A stretch of 54,808 nt of DNA, counting the filler, from Sluysia triapertura (Eukaryota): assembly GCA_046118255.1 (NCBI GenBank). It is 4 parts of 4 records of this genome, joined end to end, with 100 filler letters (N's around TTAATTAATTAA, not from the genome) between each part and the next. Parts side by side here need not be neighbours in the genome. Positions count along the whole stretch, not along the records: positions 1 to 11,603 come from JBJNIA010182934.1; 3 more parts are not named here. One strand, given 5' to 3'. Shown piece after piece: positions 1 to 11,703 of this stretch (position 1 is the first letter of the stretch; each line of letters opens with the position of its first letter). The position numbers and the translations under genes are program-made. The notes beneath the pieces were generated by a model. The model searched no databases, was not told where the DNA came from, and was given only the letters and a program-made list of their open reading frames with translations.

Positions 1-205
1 ATTATAAAAGTTATTATTTGATATTTATTATATAACAATAATGATTATAATTTTTACACATACTTTAATATGATATGGATCGTAATAATAATAGCGATAG
101 TTCATAATAGTTAGATGTGATGGTCGTGTTTATCTTTAAATGAGTTTAGTAGCTTGTGTATATGTGGAGTGTTTTTAGGCGATGAATTGTGATGAATTCC
201 CTACA
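1..205. repeat. Partial copy of the 3768-4131 repeat
   Basis: Shares ATCGTAATAATAATAGCGATAGTTCAT...TTAGATGTGATGGTCGTGTTT...GATGAATTCCCTACA. Confidence 0.9.
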
Positions 206-3200
206 AGAGTTTTGGAAAAAACTTGAGAATTAATAAGAGATTTTTATCAATAAAAATTATTTATTGTTTGAAATTATTTATTTTATTTTTTAAAATTATT
301 TTTGTTGGTTGCAGAATTTTTGCAGACCTATTTCAACCAAAGTGTGTATTTAGATATAGGATGAGCTGAAGGACAATTATACCGCTAAATAAACTTAATA
401 AAATAAATAAATTATTATATGAAAAGTCAAAACATGATTTGAGAAAAAATGGTTAAACTTAGAAAATAATTTCAAATTAAAATGTTAAAAGGTATCTTTG
501 GTAGAAATAGATTTAATGACGAAGTTCTATTTGTAATGATAAAAGAATAGACGTGAAGTCTAAACAAAATATAAAAATTGAACGGAGAATGATTTATCAA
601 TAACAATTATTATATTAAATTATGACAACAAAAATATATAAATATAAATTATCCACACTTATATCCATATTACGTCCCAACGAAAATAATAAAAATTAAA
701 ATAAAATAGTATGGTGTGACGTCTATTAAATGGAAATTATTATTTTCTAGGGACGTGACATTTTTTTATTAAAAAATAATTATTTATTTAAAATAATGTC
801 ATTTTATAATGCTGGGTATTATACCCATTGAAAGAAATACAAAAAGCATAGTAACGCTAATAAAATTTCAATAATTAAAAATAAAATTCAAGTGAAATTA
901 AAGACAAACTTATGATTTTAAGTTAAAACTACAATTCGACTCTTGATTACGATGGCTCGTCTGAAATCACCTTTAGTGTCGCTAAAATTTGATGTTGGGT
1001 TAATTTCGACTGTCACAATTTCGTCTCGTTGATATTGGAGTCTATTTATAATAGCACTTTTCCTTACACATTTTTATTCTGTTAAGGTTAAGGGTTAATT
1101 TACATATTTAAAATATCTATTTACTTTTGCTAGGATAAAACTGGCAAAATCTTTAATAAGATGTTAAAACATATTAAGAGAAATCTTAAATATTGTTATT
1201 ATATTCTTATACCATTTTTATTATACTGTATAGTAAAGTTTGAAATTGTAATTTTATAAGTGTAAATATGGTTTGTAACATATTTTAGTCATCGTTTGTT
1301 TATATAAGTGTGGTGAACTCATGATCAAAACACACTAATCTTAAACAAACTTCAACGCAGTCTAGCACAAAATATCGCATTAACAACGCACATAAAATAG
1401 ACACAATTTTTATAATCATAAACAATTTTACAATCACAATTTAATATTATAAAGTTTTATAAAATATTATAAAATTATTCTTATTTGTAAACTTTCTAAC
1501 TTTGTTTTACAATTGTGTATTACTTTTAATGAATCCTGTTTAAAAATAATGAAACACCGTGTGCACTCAAACATTTATCAATCATAATGCAAAGTTATTC
1601 AAATGTATTCATATCAAGTTATCACATTGAAACCTACACAGGTAAATATGATTTTACATAAAAATGTAAACTTCATTTATGGGGGATAAAAAATTAATTA
1701 TTGAGGCAATTAATAAATTTAATGTATACATTTAAAGGTGCAGTCAAATGACAAAGCAATTTTAATTAAACTCAATTCAAAAAAAATTTAATTTACGAAA
1801 TCAAAATACTACGTAATTTAAAAAACATGATTATAATTTTATATTGCAATGTAATATAAAACACAAAAATGTTACTATTTTTTGGTTTTTATATAAATGA
1901 TAATATAGTATCAGAAAAATATAATATTATAATATTGTATTAATTTTATTTTAATATCTTAGATAATTTTCATAAGGGCTGATAATGATAATCAGGCCCA
2001 TTGTAGTCACTACTGGTTGAACTAATAGTTTGACTGTTAGTAATTGTAGTAATACTATTATTGTTATTTTTTTTGTAATTATAATATTCATTAATTGCTA
2101 GCGGAAAGTAAAAAATTGATTGTTTTAAAATCAAAATGATGAAAGCTAAAAAAATGCCTTACAAGTCATTGAATTACATTAAACCTATTATAAAATTTCA
2201 ATATACATAATTTTTAATCATGAAAGAAATGCGATCAAGTAAAATTTTTATTGTTGGTTTTCATACCATAAACGATGAAATGATTAATGAATCAACAAGA
2301 ACCTTTTATATTTGTTAATCTAGTTAAAATTGAATTATACGATAATGTCAAACAAGAAATAATTAAAATGATTATATTCAACTATACTCACGATTTAGAT
2401 TTAATTTACGAATTATCAAGCCTATAAATAATTGTTTATGGTCTCTTTATTATAGATTATTTAGATCTCAGTTATATAGCTGCTAAAACATAATTAAAAT
2501 GTGTTCTGAATCAACTGTAGACTCAAACATTAACTTAGGTATGTTGCTCTTCCGGCTAACAAGGAACATGCACCACAAACGAAACCTAATTCTACCATAT
2601 ATTACAATTTTAATTCCTGTCGGATGTCAATATTAGAAATAAAGTTCTTAATGCTATTGTTTAATGCTATATTCATTAGGTATGTAAATTTTTCATGTTC
2701 AATTAATTGTTCGGTTGTTTGATTTTTCTTATTATTCATAGGGCAATCAACCCCGTAAAATATTGCTTTTTAGTTGCTCCAGGCCGTAAGCCGGCTTCAA
2801 ATTCAATCAAAATAAAATTTATAATCAAAGCAAAAAAATTAAAATTAAGTTTAGAATTAATTATGAAGATTTTACGCCTAATAAAAATTAATAAATCAAT
2901 TAATAAATTAATAAAAATTAATAAAGCAAAATAGTAAAAATCTTTCCATGATTGAAATGCATAAACATTCCTCAAAATAAACCTTATAAAAGGCGAAAGA
3001 CGACATAAATATTAATTAGATCGAATTAAATTAACAATTAAGTGAGATAAATAATTTATTATGTGTTAAAATTAAAAAGATACTCCAAATAATTAAAGCA
3101 CAAATAGATTATCAATTGAATAAGGAGGCAAATATTAGACATCTTCTGTTTTGATTTGATCTATTGATCTATCATAGCTTTTACCACCTAACATCAATCA

Positions 3201-3397
3201 AACTTTTAAATTAATATTATATAGAATAAACTTTTTAAAGCATAAATTGGAAAAATAATTTTCTTTTACATTGTGCATACCTAAATTTATTTCAATAAAT
3301 CAACATTTTTGTACATGTCGTGTGTGCACTATAGTCGAGAAAACAGGGTAATATTAATATTCTTAATATACGAGTAATAAATAAAGTAATTACTAAC

Positions 3398-3767
3398 CTA
3401 GTACTATCATTCCACAATTTGTCTTTAAAATTTCTTTGCCTAATTTGATTAAATTCATTAACAGAATTGGTTTTTGTATCTCCATGTGCAGATTCATTGC
3501 TCGCTAAGCCATCATAGTAATCTGAACATGGTGCTACAAGTGCTGTATTAACGAAACTGTGAATTCTAAATAGATTTTTATATTGTCCAAAAATACTCGA
3601 CAATATATTTGGTAAATGAGCATATATGTGAAGCCCATGTTGAATAAAACTTGTTGCACCGGTAGAACACTGTAAATTCGAAGTCTTATTCCTCCTATTT
3701 TAAACCCACGCATTTCTAATGGTCCACCAAGTATAAATTTATGTGCTAAACAAAGTAGCGAATTATT
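3398..3767 (-). pseudogene. SAMM50: SAM50/Omp85 beta-barrel exon fragment, frameshifted, abutting a TG..CA repeat
   Basis: KFILGGPLEMRGFKIGGI (SAM50 F.LGGP.SVRGF), then a one-base frame change near 3685, then GATSFIQHGLHIYAHLP...LFRIHSFVN (GLHLYTPLP...FRTHFFLN). GT donor follows STR at 3397. Confidence 0.8.
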
Positions 3768-4131
3768 TGTAACATAAGGACAATAGGGATGAAAGAAATG
3801 ATAATAAGGATAAAAGAAATAATAATAATGATAACAATTATGTGGTTATTATGTTTATTAATACAGAATTGTTGAAATTTATTATGAAATTTTATCATGA
3901 AAATTATTATAAAAGTTATTATTTGATATTTATATTATATAACAACAATGACTATAATTGTTACACATTTTAATATGATATAAATCGTAATAATAATAGC
4001 GATAGTTCATGATAATTAGATGTGATGGTCGTGTTTGTTTTCAAATGAGTTTAGTTTGTTTAATAGTTTGTGTACATGTGGAGTGTTCTTATGTGATTAA
4101 ATGTGATGGATTTTGTGATGAATTCCCTACA
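3768..4131. mobile_element. Solo-LTR-like dispersed repeat (TG...CA), apparently full copy
   Basis: Starts TGTAACA and ends CCCTACA; similar copies at 1-205 and 40301-40689. No target-site duplication seen. Confidence 0.6.
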
Positions 4132-4349
4132 GAGTGTAACTGAATCTTCTAAAAATCCTTTTTATGTTTTGTCCTTTTGTTGAAAATAATTCCTATTTAT
4201 ATTAATTTTCATTTAACAATTGATATATTAAAACAAATTAATAATATTTTTATTTTTCAATTTTAAAAAACGATATTTATTTCGTAATATTTAATTTATT
4301 TAAAATGATATTTTTATTTTTTCATTTAAAATAATATTTATTTTATAAT

Positions 4350-4380
<31 letters not shown>

Positions 4381-4534
4381 TTTATATAATATCTACAAAA
4401 ATATCAAAAATAAAATAATTATACAAAACAGTTAATTAAATATACTGTCAGAAAAATCAGTATTTTATAAAATAATAAAAGCGATAGTCACGATCCAACA
4501 TATTGTAAACAGTTTTATTTTAGTTTTTAATTTT

Positions 4535-4676
4535 TGTTCTGAAAAATAATCTAGAAAATTGTTGTTATTTAATGTTCTAATAGTTGCTGAAAAATAATAA
4601 AATCTAAGAAAATTATTGCTGTTTAATGTTCTGAAAAAATAATAAAATGTTGCTGAAAAAATAATAAAATAGTTGT
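4535..4676. repeat. Imperfect tandem repeat
   Basis: Recurrent CTGAAAAA(A)TAAT(AAAAT) and TTTAATGTTCT units. Confidence 0.7.
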
Positions 4677-5326
4677 AAATCAAATAATTAAACCAAAATA
4701 TTGTAATATAATCAGTTATTGCGCGAAGGATATATAAAAAGAAGTTAACTCTTGAAATAGTAGCACAATTTTTTACAAAAATATTTACGTGAAACAACGT
4801 TGGAATCTATATGGAATTTTTTAAAAGGATCAACATATATCTCTTCGAGACATTCTAATAATTAGTATACAATCAGTTTTTACCTTGCAACAACAAGATC
4901 TTCCCGGATTTTATTTGTAAACGTAAGTTAATAATTGTTAGGTTAGGCTTTGTTAAACTTAGCTTTAAAATCCTACTCAAGATATTGTAACCATATTGTC
5001 AAGGTAGAGAAATCTGAATCTGAAAATAAAACAATAATAATATTAATAACAGTATGAATATTAATAATAAAAAGAGACTCACCTTACTTAACCTGATATT
5101 ACTAAAAATAAATTAATGAATATAAATATTTACTTCACTTAATATTTGTATGAATGTCTTCTTAATTTTCTCTGTACTTAAAAATAGATAGTGATTATTT
5201 TGTAATGAATAATGATTACTTACGATGGATAAACTGATTTCAGCTGACTTAATTGTGAATCACCTAAAATAAATAATTGATTCTAAAAATAAACCTAACT
5301 ATAAAATAAAAGCCTTTTGAAATTTT

Positions 5327-5648
5327 AGACACGATTTTTGGAAACAATTGAAAAGGAATACGTTATATGAAATTAAAAGGAGCTTAATAAATCAATCGTT
5401 TTTTGGCAATATAAATTTGTTCGTCGAAGAGATCTTAGTAAATCCAACAATTTTTGATAATATTGATTTTCTGCTCGTCGGAGAAATGTCAGCGTTTAAC
5501 GATTTAGTAAATCAATTAAATCAGTAACATTTAGTCCGCTCGCTGGAAAAGTTCGCAAATTACGTCTAGTACAATTAGATCAAATTCCTGTGTGACCTGA
5601 ATAGAGAATTTATTTGATTTGAGATCGAGAATTTTTTGAAACTATCAG
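5327..5648 (+). pseudogene. Unidentified pseudo-exon with in-frame stops
   Basis: TTTTAG acceptor, then HDFWKQLKRNTLYEIK...QLNQ*HLVRSLEKFANYV*YN*IKFLCDLNREFYLI*DREFFETI, then a ~33-nt GTAAGC...TGTTAG intron of the size typical here. Confidence 0.4.
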
Positions 5649-6260
5649 TAAGCTTTTTATGTTAAGTTTAATCTCTGTTAGGAGATATAAAAATACAACC
5701 CAAAATCTTAATCATGAAGTTTAGTTTCGGCTAGACAAAATCATTTTTAAAATTTTATTATCTTTTTAGAAGTCTTTTCTAAGAATAATTTATTTTTATT
5801 ATTATTTGAAATAAATTGTCATATTTCTTGTTTTTGGTAATATATTTTGTAGTTTTACGTCTTTTATTTAGATGATTTTTTAAAGTAATTAATAAGTTAA
5901 CGAAGTTCAGTTCAATTGAATTAAACGCAACATTTTGATTTATCTTTAGAATTTATAAGCAGTCACTAAGCTAAAGAAGACAATTTCAACCGAGTTGAAT
6001 AAAATATTTTATTGATTTTTAAAATACAAAGTAACAACAAATACTTAGATAAAAAGAAGCATTAATATAAAGTTTTATATTCTTAATTAAAATAAAAAAG
6101 TTACATAATTAAGGCGGTAAATCTTTTAGGAATTACATACAAGAGGGTTCTTTTCCAGAATTAAGCCTTTATACTAAGAAAGAGATTAACCTTTGAAGAG
6201 AATAAGGTTTATAGGTGATTAATATAAGAAAGTTAGAACATAAGCTAATTGTCAGAAAAA

Positions 6261-7329
6261 ATCCTCAGAAGTTTTCTAAGTATAATAGACTATAGTTTCA
6301 TAGTTTTTGTTATTAATTAGAAGAAAAGAGTACACATTCGCATATATTTCAATTACAAGAAAAGCTTTTTAAGTCTACGTGATGTTACTTACGAGTGCGT
6401 GTCCTTAGGATTAAAGCGTACATCGTAAGCGGATCTTTAGAATTAAATAATCAATTTGCAAAGTATAAGAAAGTACTAGCAATATTAAAAACAAAGTATA
6501 TTTATAATAAAGATTAAAATTTGCTTCCAGTACTAAATTATTAGTAAGATAATAGGATACAACATGGTCCGTGGCTCGAGCTTAAATTTTGTTGGCATCT
6601 AAATTATCAATGACTCCATTGATTCGTAAGGATACGATAAGGTTATTTAAATGATTCATATGTTGATTGAGATTGTCGTTTATAACGCCAACATGATCTA
6701 TTTCTATAACATCATATCATATTGTGATTGCATGAATTGTAAAAATAAAATTTCTTTATGTATTACGAATAACATTCTAAAACGAATAAGTTTAATGATG
6801 AACTCGATTGCATTAACTTTATTAAATATTTGAGATGAAGGATACATCATATTGTCATTTATAATTTCATTATTCAACATAATTAGATCATCCTTTTCTC
6901 TAATGATGGATTCAGTAATGATTCCGAGATAGTAAATAATTTTCAAAAATAGCATTAATTGAAAAGATAAATTGATTTTTAATGTGCCTGTTTCCATTAA
7001 TAAACATTACGAAATGATTATTCCACAACCCGAAATCACTGTTGTTCCTTTTATTTATGTTTTTATATAACATATAAAAATGTGGTTCATTAATTGAATT
7101 TAAAATATTAAGCATAAGATAGGCCTTTTCCAAAAGCGCATGTAGCACTGCCGAATCTCCTCCATTTGATTTTAATCTGAAAATAACTTTTTTGTCAAAT
7201 TCCGTTTGATAACGAAATGTCAAACCTTTAGCTATCAGCTTTTTTCCATTCCAAAAACATCGGTTTATTAATTTTGGATATAAAAACAATATCTTCTTCT
7301 GTTAGTGAAGACACATCAGAGTAAGACAT
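6261..7329 (-). pseudogene. Decayed ORF with calpain (CysPc)-like motifs
   Basis: Overlapping long open stretches in shifting frames. Motifs in order: EWKK; SNGGDSAVLHAL (cf. QG.LGDCW.L.A), directly followed by LEKAY; NVYSF (cf. HAYSV); LLYLENF*G (cf. LIRIRNPWG). Stops and frameshifts present; similarity judged by eye only. Confidence 0.35.
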
Positions 7330-7799
7330 AAATTATAAACAATGATTACTTGAAAATCTAACAATGACATTCAATAACTTTTAATTGCGTATTTTGATAA
7401 TAATACTAATCTTTGAGTGTAAACTTTTTTTGATGCTAATTTTTCAATGTTTTTAATATTGTCGGTGTTATGAACAATGTAAAACAATGTCACTGATTGG
7501 ATGTCCAATCAAAATTACACAATTATGATTAGTATGTGTGTATATTCGACCTGGAATCAACTTTTGTGCTCATAATTGGCGTGGAAATAAAATGATTTAA
7601 CACACAAAGCAACTGTCATTAGTCGACAGTTAACAAGATATGTTGAGATGTTTTTCATTAAACTGTTGACTGGTGATAGACTATGAAATGAGAATAATAA
7701 TTAATTGCGAAAGGCAATAATACCAGCAACAAAATGATACTAATAATTATTATATAATAATAATGATAATGATAATAAAAATGATTTTAATAATAATAA

Positions 7800-8530
7800 A
7801 TGCAATATAATAATAATAATTGTATTGGCCAACACTCATAATCATTAGAAATTTATTAAAATTTAACAACATCTAAATCACAAGCACACTCAACATTATC
7901 AATTTACAACAGCTAGTTCACAAAAAACATAACATTCAAATCAATCACATTTCACACCATCGAATTACATTAACTGATTCATCATAAACAATATTCGACA
8001 TTTATAATAATTCAACAACAGACACATCTCAAACAATTCATCTAATACTCTCAACCATTCACCTTACACTATATTTTGATAATTAATACTTAACAATCCA
8101 TAACATTCATTTAATAGTTTATTCTCTCAAACCAAATCACAATCACAACTTATAACATATAAACCACAAGTACATTAATACCAATTAACAACATTAATAA
8201 GTACCTGAAACATAGAAAATACTTATGTTACAGCCTCGAATCAATTACACTACCCATTTCATCTACGCATAACCATTATCAACCTTTTACAACAACCTCG
8301 TAAATATGCCAAGACTTATTTTGTAATTGTCTTTTAAATTCAATAAACTATAACCCTTTTAACAAGTCTCTCAAACCATTATGTTCAATGCATAAATCTT
8401 GTTTTTAACTATAAACCTTAGTTAAATCTCAAGAATTTATTCTAACATTCTTTAACTCAAACCATTTTTATCTTCATAAAAATAAATTTAATACAGCTTT
8501 AAATAAATTAATTTCAGAAATGAAGTAGCA
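7800..8530 (+). repeat. A/C-rich decayed ORF; distant relative of the 3' part of copy A
   Basis: 7975-8215 aligns loosely with the reverse complement of 11815-11985 (CATCATAAACA, CTCAACCAT, AACAAT.CATAA, GAAACA.AG in the same order). Confidence 0.5.
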
Positions 8531-9430
8531 ACGATAACTAAAGCACAGTATACCTTGTTACCGTTGCTCCTTCATATAATATCAGTAATTCATATTCTTT
8601 ATTTTTATTTTTGTCAGAAATTAAGAATTAAGAAAGAAAAGCTCGTGTCTTTTATTTAAAAANNNNNNNNNNNNNNNNNNNNNNNNNNNNNNNNNNNNNN
8701 NNNNNNNNNNNNNNNNNNNNNNNNNNNNNNNNNNNNNNNNNNNNNNNNNNNNNNNNNNNNNNNNNNNNNNNNNNNNNNNNNNNNNNNNNNNTTTATAAAA
8801 TATAAATTAAATTTAATAAATGACTATCAACCTGGTCGCTACCATCACCAGTGTTGACACTATACGTTACATTTTTCATTTAAGTGTCAATCATCAGTCG
8901 TAATGATTTTTGACATTAATAAAATTAACACACACTTCATCCAATCTAGACCTAGCTTTAGGTAACTTACTTTTTAAAGGCCGCGATTGGATGACCAATT
9001 ATAGCTACGATAAAAATAAACTTGTTTTTATCACAAAAGGTTGAATGAAAACATTACTTTTTTTTGTTATTAACTCGACATTTTATGATACATGAAAATA
9101 AAACAGTATCAATTTACCATTTGTTTGTGAGTTTATGTTATTTTATCTACACTTATTGGAAGTTTCATTGCGGATATTTATTTAGTATTATAAAGTGGAT
9201 TCGGAACTATTCAATTATATGAATTCAAAAATATTCATCATCTTATGCTTCTCGTTATCTTTTAGATCATTGATCATGTATAATACACAAATTCCACCCA
9301 AAGTAGAATCAAAACTATATAACTTACTAAATAATGAACCGATCAAGTTTCAAGTTTGTGTTTGTAAACAAAAACAAGAATCTTATTGTACATTTGACAA
9401 AAGTCTGGATTCTCATGAAGGCTAAAAGTA

Positions 9431-9521
9431 CACCTATCCCCCGATTTACACGGTAGATACGTTCCTGAGAAAAACGTAAAAAAAACTTATTTGGAAAACC
9501 GTGTAAATTGGGGGATAGGTG
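9431..9521. mobile_element. 91-bp MITE, Tc1/pogo-like
   Basis: 24-bp terminal inverted repeats CACCTATCCCCCGATTTACACGGT / ACCGTGTAAATTGGGGGATAGGTG (1 mismatch); TA on the left, TC on the right. Confidence 0.8.
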
Positions 9522-10325
9522 TCTTAAAGACATCTTGAACATCTTAGAATCATCTTCATTTACTTTCGTCAGTATTCAAAAATTTCAGAATAATGCATAT
9601 TCTGAAGATCTGCATTAAATAAACTAAATTAAGGTTTAGAAGATTATGGTTATCGATAGTTGTTGCTTGATTAAAATGTTCATAAACATGTTTATTCTTT
9701 AAAGGACCAACGATTTATTAAATAATGATATAATCATCATTTTCGAAATCTTTCATCTTATTTTAAATTAACTTTAAAATATGAAATTCATATAAGTACA
9801 TATATTATTTATCTAACATTTGAATATGTATTCTCAAAATTTAAAATGTTTTAAACTGTGCCACTTTAAAATTTTAATAATAAAAATAATTTCACTAATT
9901 AACTAGGTGATGCATTCACATAATAAAAATATCTACATTTGTTACGATATTTAATATTTTCAATTTGACATTCGGATAAATTTGAAATAAGCAATAATCT
10001 TTGAATATTTCTTATCCCTATAATTATTAGTACTACTAATCAGATAAAATACTAAAATGGTTATTATATTCGCACTTTTATTCTCATAAGTTTTATATTC
10101 ACTCTATGTTGGCTTAGAGCGGCTATCATTTAAATGATTTTCTTACTATAAGAATTCCGTCTTTAAAGAAAATAACGTAATATATTTTATGACTCCAAAC
10201 AAATATATTTATAATTAAAATGTGTGCTTCGAAATATTTCATAATTATCACAACATATAATGTAACTTTTTAAATGAGTTTATTATTCTAATATTAATTG
10301 CTTTAAGTATGTCTTTATATTTCAG

Positions 10326-11042
10326 ATAGTGGTCGTCTTGATTTATGGAATAGTGGTATTAAATTCTTACAATATTTAATTTCCATTGATGATCTTTATA
10401 AAGTGGCTCTTGGTACTTATGATCTCAAGTTAGCCATCGAGGTTGCTCAGAAGACGAACATGGATCCAAAGGAATATGTTGATTTTATCAATGAACTCGA
10501 TAGCATTGTCTGTCCATACTATAGAAAATACAAGATCGATTTACACATAAAACGCTATGTAAAAGCGATAGAATCCCTGTCTGCCGTTGCTTCAGATCAT
10601 TGGGATGAATATGTAATATTAGTTACATCGAAGAATCTTTATTCTTCAGCATTGGAATTTCTTACACAATGTTCAACCAAATACGACAAAATAGTAGACC
10701 TATACGCGGATAAAATATTGAAAGAACAGCATGATCTCAAAGCTGCTGCTTGTGTTTATTTGAAAAGTAACAGTCCTGAATTATGTTTAAAAGCTGCCGG
10801 ATGTTTTATGAAAGGGTTGCATTGGAAAGAATGGATTATTGCAGCAAGTATTGACGAATTTCATGATAATATGGCAAACTATTTGTCTGATTTGGGAAAA
10901 TACTCAGCTGCATTAAGTATTTATATATATGAATGATAAACATAATGTTTATAGAGTTGCATTAGATGGTTATTTGTTCAGATTAACTAATAGTATTGTT
11001 GATGTGGATGATTTAGTAAAAAGACATTGGCGATTGCATTAA
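10326..11042 (+). pseudogene. ELP1: Elongator subunit ELP1/IKI3 C-terminal (TPR) region fragment with frameshift near 10925-10935
   Basis: Acceptor TTTCAG ends at 10325. GIKFLQYLISIDDLYKVALGTYDLKLAIEVAQKTNMDPKEY and KYKIDLHIKRYVKAIESL match ELP1 (ALG.YD..L...VA..SQ.DPKEY; ID..L.RY.KA). The frame stops at TGA 10934, but a plausible continuation (MNDKHNVYRVALDGYLF) runs in another frame. No upstream exons recognised. Confidence 0.85.
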
Positions 11043-11301
11043 GTTAAAACTTAATACAGCTTAAGTTATTATGACTATTTACTACTTGAAATTTATACAT
11101 AAGAAATATAAGAAAATTATTTAATTTTGAGCAAATGTAATTGAATTAATCTTTTGTAATTGATTTCTTTACAAATACAAGCAAATTATAAAAATTATTA
11201 AATTTTAATAAAAGTTATTATTAAAAAGTATTTGTTAAAATAAATCAATTTTTTACCTATTATTTATTATCGTTGTATTCCGAAATTTGTATTATTCAAT
11301 A

Positions 11302-11546
11302 TATGGAGATGCAGACCTTATTTGTGCTAATTTAGGATCGAATGATTTAAATGAAGTTTACAACGGTTCTCTGACAGCTATTTTAGAGTTTTTATGACAA
11401 AATAAGATATAAACTCTTATTTACATCCAGAAATCTGGTGAAAATACTGATGATGTTAAAGAATTACCACCAGATGACATATTAATGAGACGTACTGATT
11501 TTCATTTAGCACAAAAATACAATGATTATGCCTGGTACTATAACTA
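11302..11546 (+). pseudogene. Unidentified decayed coding fragment
   Basis: Coding-like composition; reads YGDADLICANLGSNDLNEVYNGSLTAILEFL*QNKI*TLIYIQKSGENTDDVKELPPDDILMRRTDFHLAQKYNDYAWYYN* in one frame. Confidence 0.3.
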
Positions 11547-11603
11547 AAGAGAAATTTTCTGAAAACCGATGTTCAAAAATTATAATATATATATATATAT
11601 ATA

Positions 11604-11703
11604 NNNNNNNNNNNNNNNNNNNNNNNNNNNNNNNNNNNNNNNNNNNNTTAATTAATTAANNNNNNNNNNNNNNNNNNNNNNNNNNNNNNNNNNNNNNNNN
11701 NNN
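11604..11703. other. Artificial contig spacer N44-TTAATTAATTAA-N44 (also 26410-26509 and 40201-40300); plain N gap at 8663-8791
   Basis: Identical 100-bp construct three times; TTAATTAATTAA gives stops in all six frames. Confidence 0.97.

Noticed and set aside
933-1043. Exon-like minus-strand segment (LQYQRDEIVTVEINPTSNFSDTKGDFRRAIVIKSRI)
   Set aside because: Plausible splice signals, but no recognisable family and no consistent neighbouring exons.
2707-4797. ORFs 2707-2934, 2736-2975 and 4465-4797
   Set aside because: Low-complexity I/K/N/F translations of AT-rich or tandem-repeat DNA.
6130-6600. Plus-strand resemblance to the UTP6 N-terminus (FPEL...KLEHKL)
   Set aside because: Many stops and only short matches; the minus strand gives longer open frames over the adjoining region.
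5327-11546. Stop-codon reassignment to explain in-frame stops in pseudo-exons
   Set aside because: All three stop types and frameshifts occur, and the intact RBBP6, NHE and TMEM164 exons read cleanly with the standard code.
11648-11659. TTAATTAATTAA palindrome recurring inside N runs (also 26454 and 40245)
   Set aside because: Artificial six-frame-stop linker, not biological.
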